DNA of 63,359 nucleotides, filler included, from Choristocarpus tenellus KU-1152 (Eukaryota > Protista > Phaeophyceae): assembly GCA_964200185.2 (NCBI GenBank). It is 9 parts of 9 records of this genome, joined end to end, with 100 filler letters (N's around TTAATTAATTAA, not from the genome) between each part and the next. Parts side by side here need not be neighbours in the genome. Positions count along the whole stretch, not along the records: positions 47,400 to 51,594 come from CAXNAD020015750.1; positions 51,695 to 59,526 come from CAXNAD020005515.1; positions 59,627 to 63,359 come from CAXNAD020018242.1; 6 more parts are not named here. One strand, written 5' to 3'. Shown one piece after another: positions 49,740 through 63,307 of this stretch. The notes below the pieces were generated by a model that saw only the letters and a program-made list of their open reading frames with translations, was not told the origin of the DNA and made no database searches. Every line of letters begins with the position of its first letter. Position 1 is the first letter of the stretch. The translations under genes were made by a program, and so were the position numbers.

Positions 49740-51400
49740 AAGACTGAGGGTTGGTTAATTAGGCTTCTGACACAGTCATCTAACTCCTCCGACCTCAATA
49801 TCATGGACCTGTGCTTGTTCGGGTCTTTGAGATGCAGGGTGATGGGGGAGCGGTTTGGGTCCGTTGAGGATATGGTGAAGTTCATTAAGAACAGTACGAG
49901 GAGTATGATGAGACCACACTTGAGAGGGCTTGGCAGTTCCTTTTTGTGGTGTACAATCAAGTACTTTGATACAAAGGGGGGAATGACTTCAGTGTGGAGC
50001 ACACAGGGGTAAGGAAGAGGCATTTGTCTGGTGAGGTTGAAAACACGCCGAAGGTATACATGGAGTTTTTTTTTCTGTAGCTAATAAAATTGTGATGAAT
50101 GGGGAGAAATAACAATAAAAAGAGCTGACCCTAACCAGAAATTCGTCAAGGATTCCACATCTTCTCTCAGAAATGAATTTCATCAAGATTTTCAAAAGTT
50201 TTGGGCAACGCGGCACAGACTTATGGCACCGAGGTAGTATATTTTCAGTCAACCTCACTTGTTCTTTGATTTGACAGCTAGCTGATTCGATTTATTCGTA
50301 TCAAGGCACTGTGAGTGTTTCTGAAGGTGTTTTTGAGAGGTTTACCGAACTGGCGCATGCTTCTCCCCTGGAGTATGGACGTGAGCTCTAAGGGATCCAT
50401 TCTAGTTGGATTCCACTAATGCATATTCTTTCGTACTTTCCCACACACTTGTATGTGTTTGCCCATGGGTAACTCCAAAGTTAAATTATGTACCGATTCT
50501 GAAATTATATTTGTACATATAATCGCATAAGGGTTATCAAGGTGTGACCTTGAAAATGTCCTTGTTGGGCGGTGACCATGGACCAGGAACACTTTTGACT
50601 GAGATGCGCAGAGCCTGTTCTCAACACTCGTTTAGATGCCGAATCAGAGCTGGCACATGCCACCACAAGGTTTAGCAGGTGGCTATGTAGTGGGGATAGA
50701 GCTAATTCGTGTGAATTTTCTCAAAGAGGTCGTGTCAGGATGATTGATTGAAGGTTGCAAGATAGAGGGTGGAGAGGGGAACGAGGTGAACTAAGTGAAG
50801 GGAGAAATGGGGGTGTGTAGTTAATTGTTTTTGTGCACTATGTTGCATGACAGCAATCTGTGTTTTCTATTCACTTTCCACCATGCTACACGAAGGGATA
50901 ATTTTTTTGAGTACTTGCCCTCAATGCCTCACGCGGGGATACTTGAATTGGTTTGCACTTCATCTCTTGGATACTGATGTTCGTTGCTAGCGAGTCTAGC
51001 ACTGTTTGCCCCTCTCTATTTCTATACACAATGTTCCCATTGCGATGATATCCCCTACAATATTGTGACACAGGAAGTGTGTTTGTGGGTAATTTGAAGA
51101 AGGAAAGGACTTTTGGGACCTAAGTCGCTGCCCCTCAAAGTGAACATAAAACCAAGCAATTGAGAGGTAGGAAGGGTAGCATTTTAAGGATCTGGAGAAA
51201 GAGGACAAAAAGGCGCCATTTTGTACAGTTACAGAAAGAGCCTTTTTTGCTTAATTTTGCGGTGTCGCCTTGTTTGTGGAAAGGGGGAATATCAATTTTA
51301 CATGCACTATTGTGCACATTAAGCCATGAAATAGGGTGTATTGCGTAGGATAAGAAAGATGGCTTAGAATGCAAAAGGCTCCAAACCTGCCTATCTCTCA
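49740..51400 (-). pseudogene. Degenerate Ty1/copia-like pol remnant
   Basis: ISGIQLEWIP..RPYSRGEA resembles integrase GI.he.t.pytPqqNG.AE; the rest is decayed. Confidence 0.25.
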
Positions 51401-51410
51401 ATTGGTTTGG

Positions 51411-51594
51411 GGCTTAAAGTATCGAGGGGGAGTGGCGACTTTCCATTCGGGGCCCATTTTTTCATGTCGCGATTTTTGGGTGATTTGGTTGCATATGCAC
51501 CATGTGGATAAATGTATGTTTACTTCTCTTGGTCAGGGCCCGAATGGACACCTGGTGTAGACCCCCCTCCCCCCTCCCCTCAGATACTTTGAGC
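51411..51594 (+). mobile_element. MITE family B copy (~185 bp)
   Basis: ggcttaaagtatcgagggggag...ccattcggggccc / gggcccgaatggacac...cccctcagatactttgagc, with internal inverted repeats. Confidence 0.85.
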
Positions 51595-51710
51595 NNNNNN
51601 NNNNNNNNNNNNNNNNNNNNNNNNNNNNNNNNNNNNNNTTAATTAATTAANNNNNNNNNNNNNNNNNNNNNNNNNNNNNNNNNNNNNNNNNNNNGGGGGG
51701 GGGGTGGATG

Positions 51711-51764
<54 letters not shown>

Positions 51765-54700
51765 ACCATGAAAGGGTGGTTGTTAATCAAATGATAGAGC
51801 AGAGGTCAGGGGAAGGAGAGATGATGCTGAGTTTGTTTATGGTGGGGTTTGGGTTGAGGGTGGGTTCAGTGGGAGGAAGGGTGCGTGCTTGGATAATCGT
51901 AATTGTGAGGGTGTGGTTGTGTGTTGTATGTAGTTATTGGGTTTGAAAGATGTGTCCGAACCACTTAAAGAGCTGCGGGTTTTTCACAGGTCCTGTCTTG
52001 CTATGTGAAATGGATATACACCTGGTTCATGTGAAGTGTTCCTTTCCTTGGACGGGTATGGGAAAAGTATTTGGCTTGCGATGGGTTAGAGGTTGACAGC
52101 AGTTTTGTGTCCTAGTCTTACACTATAGAAGCTTACAGCACAGTGTTACTGGATGTTTGCCGGGTTGCTACAGGACTTTCTGAATAGTTTGTGCCATTTG
52201 CTGGGGAAACAGTATCGGGGGAGAGGGTAGCTAACTACTGAAAAGCATCTTCCTTCTTGAGTTACAGAGGAAGAAATCTGAGGTGATGTGTAGATGGTGA
52301 TTGAGCGTTTTCGTTGATGCATGTATGGGCTGCTAGTGTTGGGGTTAGTGTTAGGGGCTGAAATGAGGAAGAAAAAAATACAAGAGGGCGACGGTAAGTT
52401 TTGGCGAGAGAGATCTTGTGTGGGCAAGGGTCTAAGCTGTCAACGATGTGCCAAAATGATCCAACAACGCTTTTAATAACAAATATTTCCTCTCCACCCT
52501 TTCCTCCCCTGACCCCCCTGCCCCCTCCACCTTTACATGTTCAACTATTCACATCCTTAATTCATTTTTTCCCCTCCCATCGAATGCTTGCTCTGTGACG
52601 GTAATTGTTGCTATCCTCTGCTGCTTCCTCTGACTTGTTCCTTTAACTTGGACTCCACTTTCATGTGGGGGGTTATTTGGTTGGCATTTGTGGGGTTGGG
52701 TTGGGGTTTAGGTTTGGGGGGGGGGGGGGGGGTTGGCGGTGGACTCTGGGATGACAAAATGGAATTGGCATGGAACCTACTGAACTGTGCTTTGTAATCT
52801 GCTCAAATCGTGTGGAAATGCACAACTAAAACATGGCAATACTGTGTCTTTGTGTGTATGGGTGTGTGGAGCATAGGTGGCTAAGATCCGCTTCCCACCT
52901 CATGTGAGTGGGCAGGGAATATCAAAGGGACCGGGACCGCGACAATAGCTGATGCCCTTAACCACATGACCATCACTAGAGGATAGAACTAGCGATTACT
53001 TGAGGACTGCATACCTATGTACCTCTCAATCTGTTTTGTACATCCATCCATCCATCCATTCACCCTTCCATGTAGAGTTCCATTGGTAGAAGATACCATT
53101 CTTTCACGATATTATTGACCTGAGCAGCATGCATGTGTGCAAATAGCGACTCCATTGAGCTTTTGTAGGGTCACAGACACACGTGTAAAAATGTATGTGT
53201 TTTGTGAAGTGTAATTATTAGAGGAAGGAGGTGTTCCTGGGCAGTGCCCATTATCATTTTTTGAGATGCAAGAAACAAAGGGAGGGGATGGTTGCGTCAG
53301 AGGTTGGGACCTCTCTCAATTCTTTTTGGAGTGTGAGTGTCATGCACGACAAGCAGTCTTTGTTGTTAGTTACCGGGAGTTTGATGATTGATGTTTGATT
53401 GCATTGATTTCAGTTATGTTTTATGTTTTTGTCAACAGATTACGATCAATAAAGATTGTTCACTACCCCTTTCCTGATCCAGGGCCATCCTATCTTAGAG
53501 GAGGGTGTCACTAAACATTTCGGAACCCCTGTTACTGCAGTTTCGTAGATGTGGTTCTGGCAATCTGGAGGGTGGTTTTTGTGGGTTTTTGGACAAGCTT
53601 TGTCTTCTCTTGTCGAGTCACAGCCTCCTAAGGGGGGCTAACTGCCTGTCAGGCATGGGAGATTGGGTGTTGGACAGGAGATTTCCAAAGCCCTACATGC
53701 TTGCCAGGGCCTGTACCTAGACCCCCCTCTAGTATAGGAAGGGTCTCTGGTCCAGGTTCTTGTGTACACGAAAATGATCATTTTACACCTTTTATTGTGT
53801 GTGTGGAATTTTGTAGGAGCATCACCAACTACCACCTCCACAAGACATTTGGAAAAGTATAAATGACGGTTATGTATAGAGTAGTAAGTATTGTATTTGA
53901 TCAAGCGGTTTGAGTAGCTCCACTTTTGTTTGAAGATGTCATGCACTGAACATGGTAGCTAGAGCTCTTCTTTAAATCACAGCTGGTCCACCTCCTGGAG
54001 TACGACAGAGTACTTGATGCGATTTCTGGCCATCCTTGCTGCACACAACAGGATATATGTTGGTGAACATTGTGTGTTAGTTGGATCATCTCAGGAGGGG
54101 GGGGGGGTTCCTTTGTCCAACTAATCGCTTGCCCAATCCTTACCCAACCTTCATCACCTACTATTAATACTTTGGAGCAATAGCATCTGCAGCCTATTTG
54201 AGAGGTATGTTTATTTGCTCCAGTCTCTTGTTACCTGTGAGTGACCTGCAGGTATTGGTACCATGATTACTGCCACAATTGCCCGCTCAGGATGATACTA
54301 TGATTACAGCAGTGTGTTCTGGGAGAAGGTTGAGAACACTTAACTCTTGCATGACAGTAATTCACATCTTTGGAAGTAATTACTATTCCTCAGTCAATCA
54401 TCCATGAATCCCATATGAAGACCATAACTAATCCCCAAGATCCAATGGAGATCCCACTTTTGTTGCTATACTATTTTGCTTTGTATATTATAAAATATCA
54501 TTTACGTACGTATTTGATAATGATAAGATCATTACCGATCTCAAAGATCCAGTAAAGATCCCAATTTTTTATTTTATTATCACACTTACATTAATCTACA
54601 TAATACAAGTTTGAAAGAAGGGTAAAATAACTTGAAAAAAATCATCGCACACAATCCTTTCACAGTAGAGTGGGATCTTTTGATGACAACATAATTTGAC

Positions 54701-56591
54701 ACTTCCTCTCTTAGCACAAGTTAGAGAAAAGATGCTGCATACACATGCCAAGGGAAATTACTACACCAGGAAGGCGTTTCTTGCATCTACGTAGTGGACG
54801 ATTTTTATTCTTGATATTTGGTACCTTACGTATGTAGATGTGAAGTAGGTGCCACTCTCTGTCGAAAGCACATCAACAAAATAAATTGATCACATACAGA
54901 CAATAGTTTCCTCCACGCCTCCCATTGGTGGTGCAACTCCTCACAAAAGGTGAGTCTTTAGTACTGGCTAACGACCAGGGTGTTTACAGCAGGCAAGATG
55001 CCACAGCCATCTGAGGACCATTTGCCAGGCGGGAGGAAGGGAGTGGGACTGGAAGGTGGCACGTTTCTGAGTGTATGATATCGTTGACCTCCTGTGTCAT
55101 TTTATAAATCACTGCACAACAGTTGCTGATGTCCACAAAACTGTCCTCCTTGTTCTTTGCTTAGTAGTTAGTAAAAAAATAATTTTTTGAGGACTTTGGC
55201 AGGGTCTTACACAACATCACACTTGTTGACCGGCGAAATCGGAATGCCAGAGTTTTTCTATTGTACTAAAAAACACCTTAAACAAAAAAATTGCACATAA
55301 TCGTGCTGTAACCCTAACCCTGACCTCTTCCATGTCAACATACATCCTGTAAAGAATATGGACTGCATTATCCCCATCTATTGGTTTTTCGTACCTCACC
55401 TCTGTGAGCTGGTAGAAATTACTTCATTGGGTTGGAAATTGGAGAAAAAGAGAACTGCCATAATAATATTTGTACCAGCAAAGTATGAACATCGAAAGTA
55501 GATCAAAAGACGGGACGGCTAAGCCGTGGCTATGCCAAGGACAATCCTGAGTCACTGTTCATATTCAGCATATTTGTGTGTGTGATTTGGTCAATTCTAC
55601 GCAATGCTCATTGCCGTCATGAAGGTAGAAGACTACGTGCTATACTAAAACGAAAGCAGAATATTTAGGTCACTCTGCTGACTTTGCTTTGAAAGTCCAA
55701 CCCAAACTGTTAGTATTCCAACAATTTATTTGAGCAGGCATAGAACCAAAGTACGCCAGAGGTATCCAGAGTTGCAGTTCAAGGATACGCTGACAAGTAT
55801 GCATAAAAATCCAGTCATTTTTTCAAATACATGTAGGATATCTCTGAGTCGTGTAAGAAAAGTTCCAAATAACACATAAATGATCTACCTCCTCAATTCT
55901 CAGGACAGCATTGAGGAGGCCCATTGCCAACAATGACCCATCCTTCTCCTTGCTGCTTGTTACACTAACAATACAACTCAGCAAGCCGAGCACAAAAATG
56001 AAAACAAAAAATCTACTGCAATACTATAGACACCTCATCTTAATACTCACCCTCCTCCTTCCTGGCTGGCGGCACATATCCTGTGTGTGCTCTAACTCAA
56101 AGGCACATGTAGTTCAAAAGGCCTCAGCTCCTACAAGTTGCAATGGAACCAAAACCAAAGATCAAAATAATACGCACTTCCTCACTAACGAATATACATC
56201 AAAATCATTCTCCTACACACCTCCAGTCATCAATCACACCTTCTTAGGGCACCAACACGCCAGCAAAGTTACCAAAGGGTAACACTAAGGTACAAGCAAG
56301 GCCACAGGCTTTCATTCAAAATACTTGCCCCACCCCATGTCGGTAAGAACCCCCGGGACCCAACATCTGATACCCTCTTCACTGACCTAAACCTACCCTA
56401 CTACCCCCTTCCAGTATACACCGTGGACACTTCTCTGCCATCCGCATTGCTCTCCTTCTTGGAGATATGCGCTTGTTCCACCCTCATATGATATCGATTT
56501 AGGCTCAGAGGGCATCTCTTTATGAGTGCTACTTGCCCAATGGATTGAAAGTATGGCTGCTACTATTTGCAAGTTTGATTAATTCACTGGC

Positions 56592-58112
56592 TTAAATGTC
56601 GCTACTGTTGTTGTCATCAATCTTGTCAGTGTCAGCAGCAGCAGCAGCAGCAGCCAGGTAGAGCTGGTACTTCCGGGAACGCATTGCCTCCTTCACGCCC
56701 AAGATGAAAGCACGACCCCACTTGAAGTAAAGTTTCGACATGAACTGCCCCAGACACAGCAGCACCAAGTAGAAGTTGAACCTTTCGAAATAGAAAATGA
56801 AAGCAGGGTTAGGGATGTCAGGATAGGTATTCAACATATAGACTACAAGATGGAGAAATGAGTCCAAATCTATGTATATGTGATTGTGTGTGTGCGTGCG
56901 TGCGTGAATGTGTTTGTGTGAGTGTGTGTGAAGGACAATTGTATAATGGTACAAACAAAATCACTCACGGTGTAAAGCAATCCCACTATTATCTACATCT
57001 GCTTCTAGACCCTGTAGCGTACTACTGCAGTATCGATCTAACTTCAACACTGTAGAAACAATCCTTATTGGTTGATGCTACTCTTGACTACTTCAGATGT
57101 GCTGGAGAGAAGGGACGCAATTGTCACCATTCTTGTACAATGAAGGCATAAACATCGAATGAGAAAAAATCGAATCTTGCGCTGCCTCAACCTGCATGTC
57201 TCCACCCGGTATGAGGCTGAACCCGAGGGATACATTCTATACTGGTTGATTGCGGTTTAGATGGATTGGAAACCCTGCTTGTGCCTGTCAACCCCCCCAT
57301 CACATTTTGAAATGGAAGAGTGAAAGAAGAGTGGGAAGCACTTTTTTTCAAAGCACAAGCTTTCCTCTCCTTCATTCGGCTTGGTATCAGGCACCCCGCT
57401 TCTGTACTTCAACCTTTTCTCACACAACACTTATCAACACACTTTAACGAACTTGGTTCTGACAGTACCAACAATAGAGGCCAACCCCTCCACAAGAACA
57501 CTCGACAAGAAGAACCATCCTCTCAACTTCTAAAACACGCTATGTTTTCATCAAACTCACTGTGGTGATGTACAATGGAACCTTTTGGTAGCCTCCATAT
57601 CTTGATCTAATAATGATAAAAATAATAGTACCAAACATAAGTGGCCTTTACAAAGTTCTACACAATGATCAGAGTTCAATTCTTTCCATACCTCCCTCTA
57701 CCTCTTCAAATCACCTCCTTACTCCAAACATCCATCCTACTGTATAGCCCCTCCCCCTACCATTGCCCCATCAGCACTGGTCCCCCTCCAGTCTCCCCTT
57801 CCTTTCGAAACCCCTCTCCCTCCTCTCTGCCCACCTGCCACAGACATACAGCCATATCTGTAGAACCATATTCAATGACAATGCCAGGCATGTAGCCAGC
57901 ACAACACGCATCTCGGCAGGATTCAGCATCTTTCGAACCTTGGCCAGCTGAAGAGTGAGCCTTTCCACCTGGTGCAACAGCATCACAATGCATTCATATC
58001 AACCATGCCAGGAGAATGTAAAAGTCGGGTATTTGACATGCACTCAGATGTGTATAACCTGTCTTCCTTTTGCTCTTAATACAACAACAGTAATTGCAAT
58101 TATTTGCTTTGC

Positions 58113-58148
<36 letters not shown>

Positions 58149-59269
58149 GTAGTAGTACTACCACTACTACTACTAATGATAATAACAATATTGATGATGA
58201 AAATGATTACTGAGTTTGTTGGCAAGGGGTTATTCTACCACAGGAAGTGGCACAACATTAGAGCTTCCAAGAGTAACAGTAGGTGGTGGTGCGTGGTGCT
58301 GAGCACGCAAGTACATCAGTATAGATTAGGACATCAGTATAGATTAGTACATCAGTATAGATTGACTCAAATGTACGCTTCAAAACGAAAATATGCCCGA
58401 AACCAATCTAAATAAATAAATATAAATTGTATTCAAAGGAAGCAACAACTAAGGCCCACATAGAGGCTATTACTTCCATCTACCATACATCCCACACAAA
58501 GCCAACCTGCACAGAAAAACACATACACTCAATCGTACAGAACAAAAAAGCAAGTCCTACATCACATCACCCCCTAAAAATCCACCACAAATACAACCAT
58601 ACAACCACATCTACTCCCCCCCCAAAAAATAAATAAATCACAAAATATAAAAATACATCCCTTGAAAATTTCCACCAATACCCATACCCCCCATTTGCTT
58701 CATCCCATCTTTAAAAAGTCCACTACCTGATGCTGAACAACCGGTCCATTCCTTCCCAGAAGGCGTTTACCCAGTTCGTTCACAAGAGTCGGGACCCTTC
58801 GTGTACTCCCCAGCTTCTCCTCTAACTCAACCAGCTGTCAAAAAACAAGTACAGGTCAAATCCCTGGTTAGCACTAGTGCACAGGGAGGAAGGGCACTTC
58901 AACAAGGGCACCAAAAGTGAGAAAGGAACAGGATAGGGAATCAATTTGAGCGAGGAGCAGTGAGAAGTTGTGGGAACCGATGCAACGGGATTGGTCAAAA
59001 TTGGATCGACACCATCTTGAAAAAAAAATATGTATATGTATATATATATTTTAAAGAAGAGGGTGTTCAATGCCCCACCCAACGGAGGGAGGGCCCACAG
59101 GAAGAAGAGGCGTATGACGTTAAAAACCCACAAAAAAACAAGTTAACTAACTCACAAAATACAACATTAAAACAATATATGAAAGACAAGTTGAGTACAC
59201 AGGTTGGAACCACAGCAACAGCATAGACGACATCAAAAAAGTATATGTACAGAACGCATGCATACAGAC

Positions 59270-59311
<42 letters not shown>

Positions 59312-59526
59312 ACACACAAATAAAGGTGAAAAAAAGGAAAAAAATCTCCCCCCCTCCCTCCACCTCCGGGTCGTTCAAAACAAGTGACGGCACAAAACTG
59401 GTCAGCTTATTCTTTCCTTTTTTCCAGCGGCACATGGCCTTCGACCTTGCCCCCTCCCCCCCTTCTCCACCTTCAAGACCTTCCCCCCCCCCTGCCCCGG
59501 CACCTGTGCCTATTCCACCCACTCCC
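56592..59526 (-). CDS. C-terminus of an uncharacterised membrane protein, possibly MCTP/PRT_C-like (5'-partial)
   Basis: Phase-consistent exons 59364->59526, 58727-58834, 57850-57968 and 56592-56781 (stop) give ...VVQHQVERLTLQLAKVRKMLNPAEMRVVLATCLALSLNMVLQIWLFNFYLVLLCLGQFMSKLYFKWGRAF..., an amphipathic helix followed by a long hydrophobic hairpin. Confidence 0.75.
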
Positions 59527-59659
59527 NNNNNNNNNNNNNNNNNNNNNNNNNNNNNNNNNNNNNNNNNNNNTTAATTAATTAANNNNNNNNNNNNNNNNNN
59601 NNNNNNNNNNNNNNNNNNNNNNNNNNCCCCCCCCCTCCCAGATACTTTGGGTCATAAGA

Positions 59660-62600
59660 TAGGAGGCTGGTAGGGTTTCTGGGAGGACCTGGATGAAGGC
59701 TGAGCGGCGTACGCTGTTGAAAGCATTCCTTCCATCCAGACTGATGACCCATTCTCCGCACTCATTCCTTAGGCGGATATCCAGGAGTGCGCGTTCAATG
59801 CCATTTGGGACCCTGACGCCGAATTGTCCTACTCCCCCGAAAAATTCCTCTAGGTAGGGGTGCCAGTCTGTGCAGAAAGCTGAAGCACGTGCCCTCCTGA
59901 AAAAAGACCCACAGGCAACCGGGCAACACTTCTCCCCAATTGCAGACAGTCTGGAGTTGGTGTGGAGTGTCTAGAACTCTAGATGTAGGGAGTCCGGGGA
60001 GGTGTAGGCTAGCTCCCATAGATTTGTACAAACGCCTTTGCCACTTCCTCGTGACCAACATCTGTCGTGATGACTGATCTGATGTGGCTTGGGTGTCGGT
60101 TGAAATCCATCTATAGGCTTGCATTCAAACAAGAAAGGATAACTTACACACAACCTGCACATCTGCAGGGCACCGCAGGAGGTGGTGAAAGAGCATCGTC
60201 GTCGAGCAATTTTCATCTGGGTGTGTCTTGTGCTTGTTTGGATAAGCTATGCAGTATGGGTTGTTGTTGTAGCAGTGAAGAAACGCCAGAACCCTGGTAC
60301 CAATGCATCAGTAAAAGTGAGTCCTGATATCAAATCTTTTTGTCCCATGATCGTTTCTCCCTGAAATATTATTTTCAGCTAGCTGATCGAGGCTGGCGGT
60401 CCATTACCCCACAAATTAAAGTGAACGAGGAAGTGCTAGGGTAGTGACAACCACTACTTGAAATGGTACCAAGAGATACAATTTCCATAGTGACGATCAA
60501 GTGACTGCGTCCACAACCAGATATTTTGGGTTTATCGGCACTCTCATCCGGCGTGCTCTCTCATGCACGAGCCGCTTCCACAATTGACAGGTCGAGGCCT
60601 TCAGTTTTCCAGACATCGAATTTTGCTTTTACGAAGGTCTGGGAATTGAAACTATTGACGCATATTCTTGCGCGAGCTCGGTGGTACTTGTAGGTGTCTA
60701 TGTGAGCAGCACGTTCGACAAGGGTAATGATTTCGAAGACCCCGTCTTACGGCAGGGGAACTGGTTTGTGGTGCAGTTGACACACGTGATGAGGATGATA
60801 GCCATATACGAAGTACTCCAAGTAGTGTGAAAGGAATAGAGAGTTGCATGAGGAATAGTCATCATTCAATGGACAACTGCTGAGTAGTTTGATGGGATAT
60901 ACCAAGTTGAGGGTGGTGGGGATGGGCTTAGGAGGGTATCGGACTCATACTTGAAAGTATAACCACTGCACTGGTGGTGAGCACAACTTTCATCTGCCAG
61001 TCACTTATAAGGCTCGGTACTTCCATACGTAACCGGTGCCACGAGCAAACATTTGTCTCCTGCTGAAAAAAAAGGTAGAAATTTCATTCGCCAAATAGAA
61101 CGCAAACATCAGTTGTAGGAGACAAATTAAAGGCGGTTAATGTGAGTAGCAGAGAGCGAGAACAAGTAATTCGATCACCAGCACGCCTCCCTCTTACCAG
61201 TGGCGTTAAGTACTGTCGCACTCTGGTTATTCCTTGTACCATTTCGACATCTGCATGTATGATAGTGCACTTCCTTGATCCACCTTGTACATTAACTACC
61301 GTACAGCCAGCAGGGGTCTGCTGTGCAGTATGTTAGCAGTAATTTGTCTACAGACCACGACCTGTTTATGGTATGGGGTTGTGAGTGGTCAGTAGAATAT
61401 TGTTTAGTTGGTTAAGTTGGTTAAGTTGGTTAAGTGGGGAAGCTGTACTTGGAATTCCTACACAGAATATGAGTTGTACTTCTGCTTGAATATGCCAACC
61501 TTTTCCCTCTGTAGCACGAAAGTTTTCTGATCAAGATGAAACGATTGCAGGATAGTAATATAATTTTGTGTGCAACTTATTACAGGAAGAAGATGACTTC
61601 CCGTATGTGTGCAGGAGCATCAAGTTGTCATCTCTAACTCCCCTAAAAGCTCCTACTTTGAGGAATAGCTCAAAGGCATTGGAAGTTTGGCTTCAGGTGT
61701 GGGCTGCTTTCGTGTGGAGTGGCGTGGCGAATTGGTCCCATTGGTGGTTACTCCTCGATCCTTTAACGTATGCCCTACCTAGCAGTATATGGTTGTTTCT
61801 TTTGAATGTCTGCGGTGGAACATGTATTCCTCATGGGGCAAGTTTGACATTCTTCCTGCTCCCCAGATTGCGATGATTTTCAAGCATTGATACTTTGATC
61901 AACGTACTATTCCTTGTTGGGATCAAAAGAGATTCCTTGAGATGGTTATTGGTGTACTAAGAAAATGAAGATTTGTGTTAGTACCCACTGAGTTTTCACA
62001 TCTCGAATTTGCACTGCAGACTCATTATCGCTTAACTGCAACAGATGATCTGACCGCTTCCTTAACCTCTCCTTGGTCTTTTCTAGGTTGCCTGGTCCCT
62101 CAACAGTTACACAGGCGAAGTACTGAGATATCAGTGAGTACCACTTGATTGAGTATGTGTTGCATTGTTTCATCTGGATATGTGTGAATAGTATTGGTAG
62201 TCGTGGAAGCAATGGGATAAAGCATTGGGAATTGTGTGAAACCACATCCCTGAGTAACACGACAGGAAAAATATTTGCTACCGGTAACAACGTTCAGTTG
62301 GCGTTCCTTTGCTTGGACAATGAGCAAGACCTTCGTACTGCAACACCGCAACTCTTTTCTGTTACGTTTTTCGGGAGCCCACGGACAGGTCATTGGACAT
62401 GGAAATTGTTGGCGAAGACACTATGCAAACTAATTGCAAATTGTAGTCATGGCTGAGTTTCATTTAAGTGAGAATCAGGGCTGTTTGTATATGATTACAG
62501 AGGTGGATGTGAAAGCCCCTCTTTGGTCTATGATCTCCTCTTTTTGCTAGATTCTTACTCAGCCACTGTGCAATTCTCTTGATTTAGGAATGCAGTAGAA

Positions 62601-62700
62601 ATGTACTTGACAGACCTTTCAAAGGATGCAGACGCTCATGCCTTGGAGCCTGCAATTGGGACTCTTCCTTACACCTGTCTTGAAGCTAACACCACATTAA
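59660..62700. other. Unclassified decayed TE-like sequence
   Basis: Intronless, balanced composition, short broken ORFs, no secure motif. Confidence 0.2.
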
Positions 62701-62729
62701 CCGATTTCCAGATCAATCAAGTGGTGAGT

Positions 62730-63307
62730 AACTCAGAGTATCTGGGGTAGGGGTTACGGCTGTCCATTCGGGGCCTATTTTTCCATGTCGCATGTTTTGG
62801 GTGATTTGGTTGCATGTGTCGGATGAATAATATAAGTGCACTTTGTGCAATATAGGCTAGGTAGTCTATAGGATCTTATGTGCTTAGTCACCAGAACTAT
62901 ACAACAGAAGTATTGACTGAGTGAAGGTAGTGTCAAGGAATTGTTTCCGCGCGCGTAGATGAACAGGTTCGAGTCTCGACGGATTGAGTTCTTACTTATA
63001 TTTAACATCAGTGGCTGATGTAGTGTAACTGTCACAAACATATTTCTGACATGTTTGCTGACATTTGCATTAGGTAACAAGGGAGAGCACCCCCCCCACC
63101 TCGAGGGTAGTTAGTGCTCACTCCGCTAATAAATACATCCATACCACATAAAGCAAAGACTCTATTAGAAGAGCTCTCCTTTGCATAGGTTATGAGCCTC
63201 ACACGATTCCCCTTCGCAGAGCTCTCCTTTGCATACACTTCTCCTGGTCAGGGCCCGAATGGACACCCTGGTGTAGACCCCCCCCCCCCCCCCCTACTTT
63301 TTGATTC
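62730..63307 (+). mobile_element. MITE family B copy interrupted by a copia LTR relic
   Basis: Both halves align with 51411-51594; the insertion lies at 62844-63235. Confidence 0.85.
62844..63235 (+). mobile_element. Ty1/copia relic: LTR, half-tRNAiMet PBS and the tip of the 3' LTR
   Basis: 5-bp TSD CACTT on both sides. Starts TGTGCAA; the LTR end agagctctcctttgcata at ~63170-63187 is followed by GGTTATGAGCC, and the same LTR end recurs at ~63218-63235. Confidence 0.8.

Noticed and set aside
55200-55420. Possible minus-strand exons (QLTEVRYEKPIDGDNAVHILYRMYVDMEE)
   Set aside because: No consistent exon chain or recognisable motif could be built.
61700-62100. Homology between this region and the 1900-2500 relic (YRLTATDDLTA vs YRITLEDLSA)
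   Set aside because: The similarity is too short to support without alignment statistics.
62960-62985. tRNA T-loop/B-box (GGTTCGAGTC)
   Set aside because: No cloverleaf or A-box context; it lies inside an LTR.
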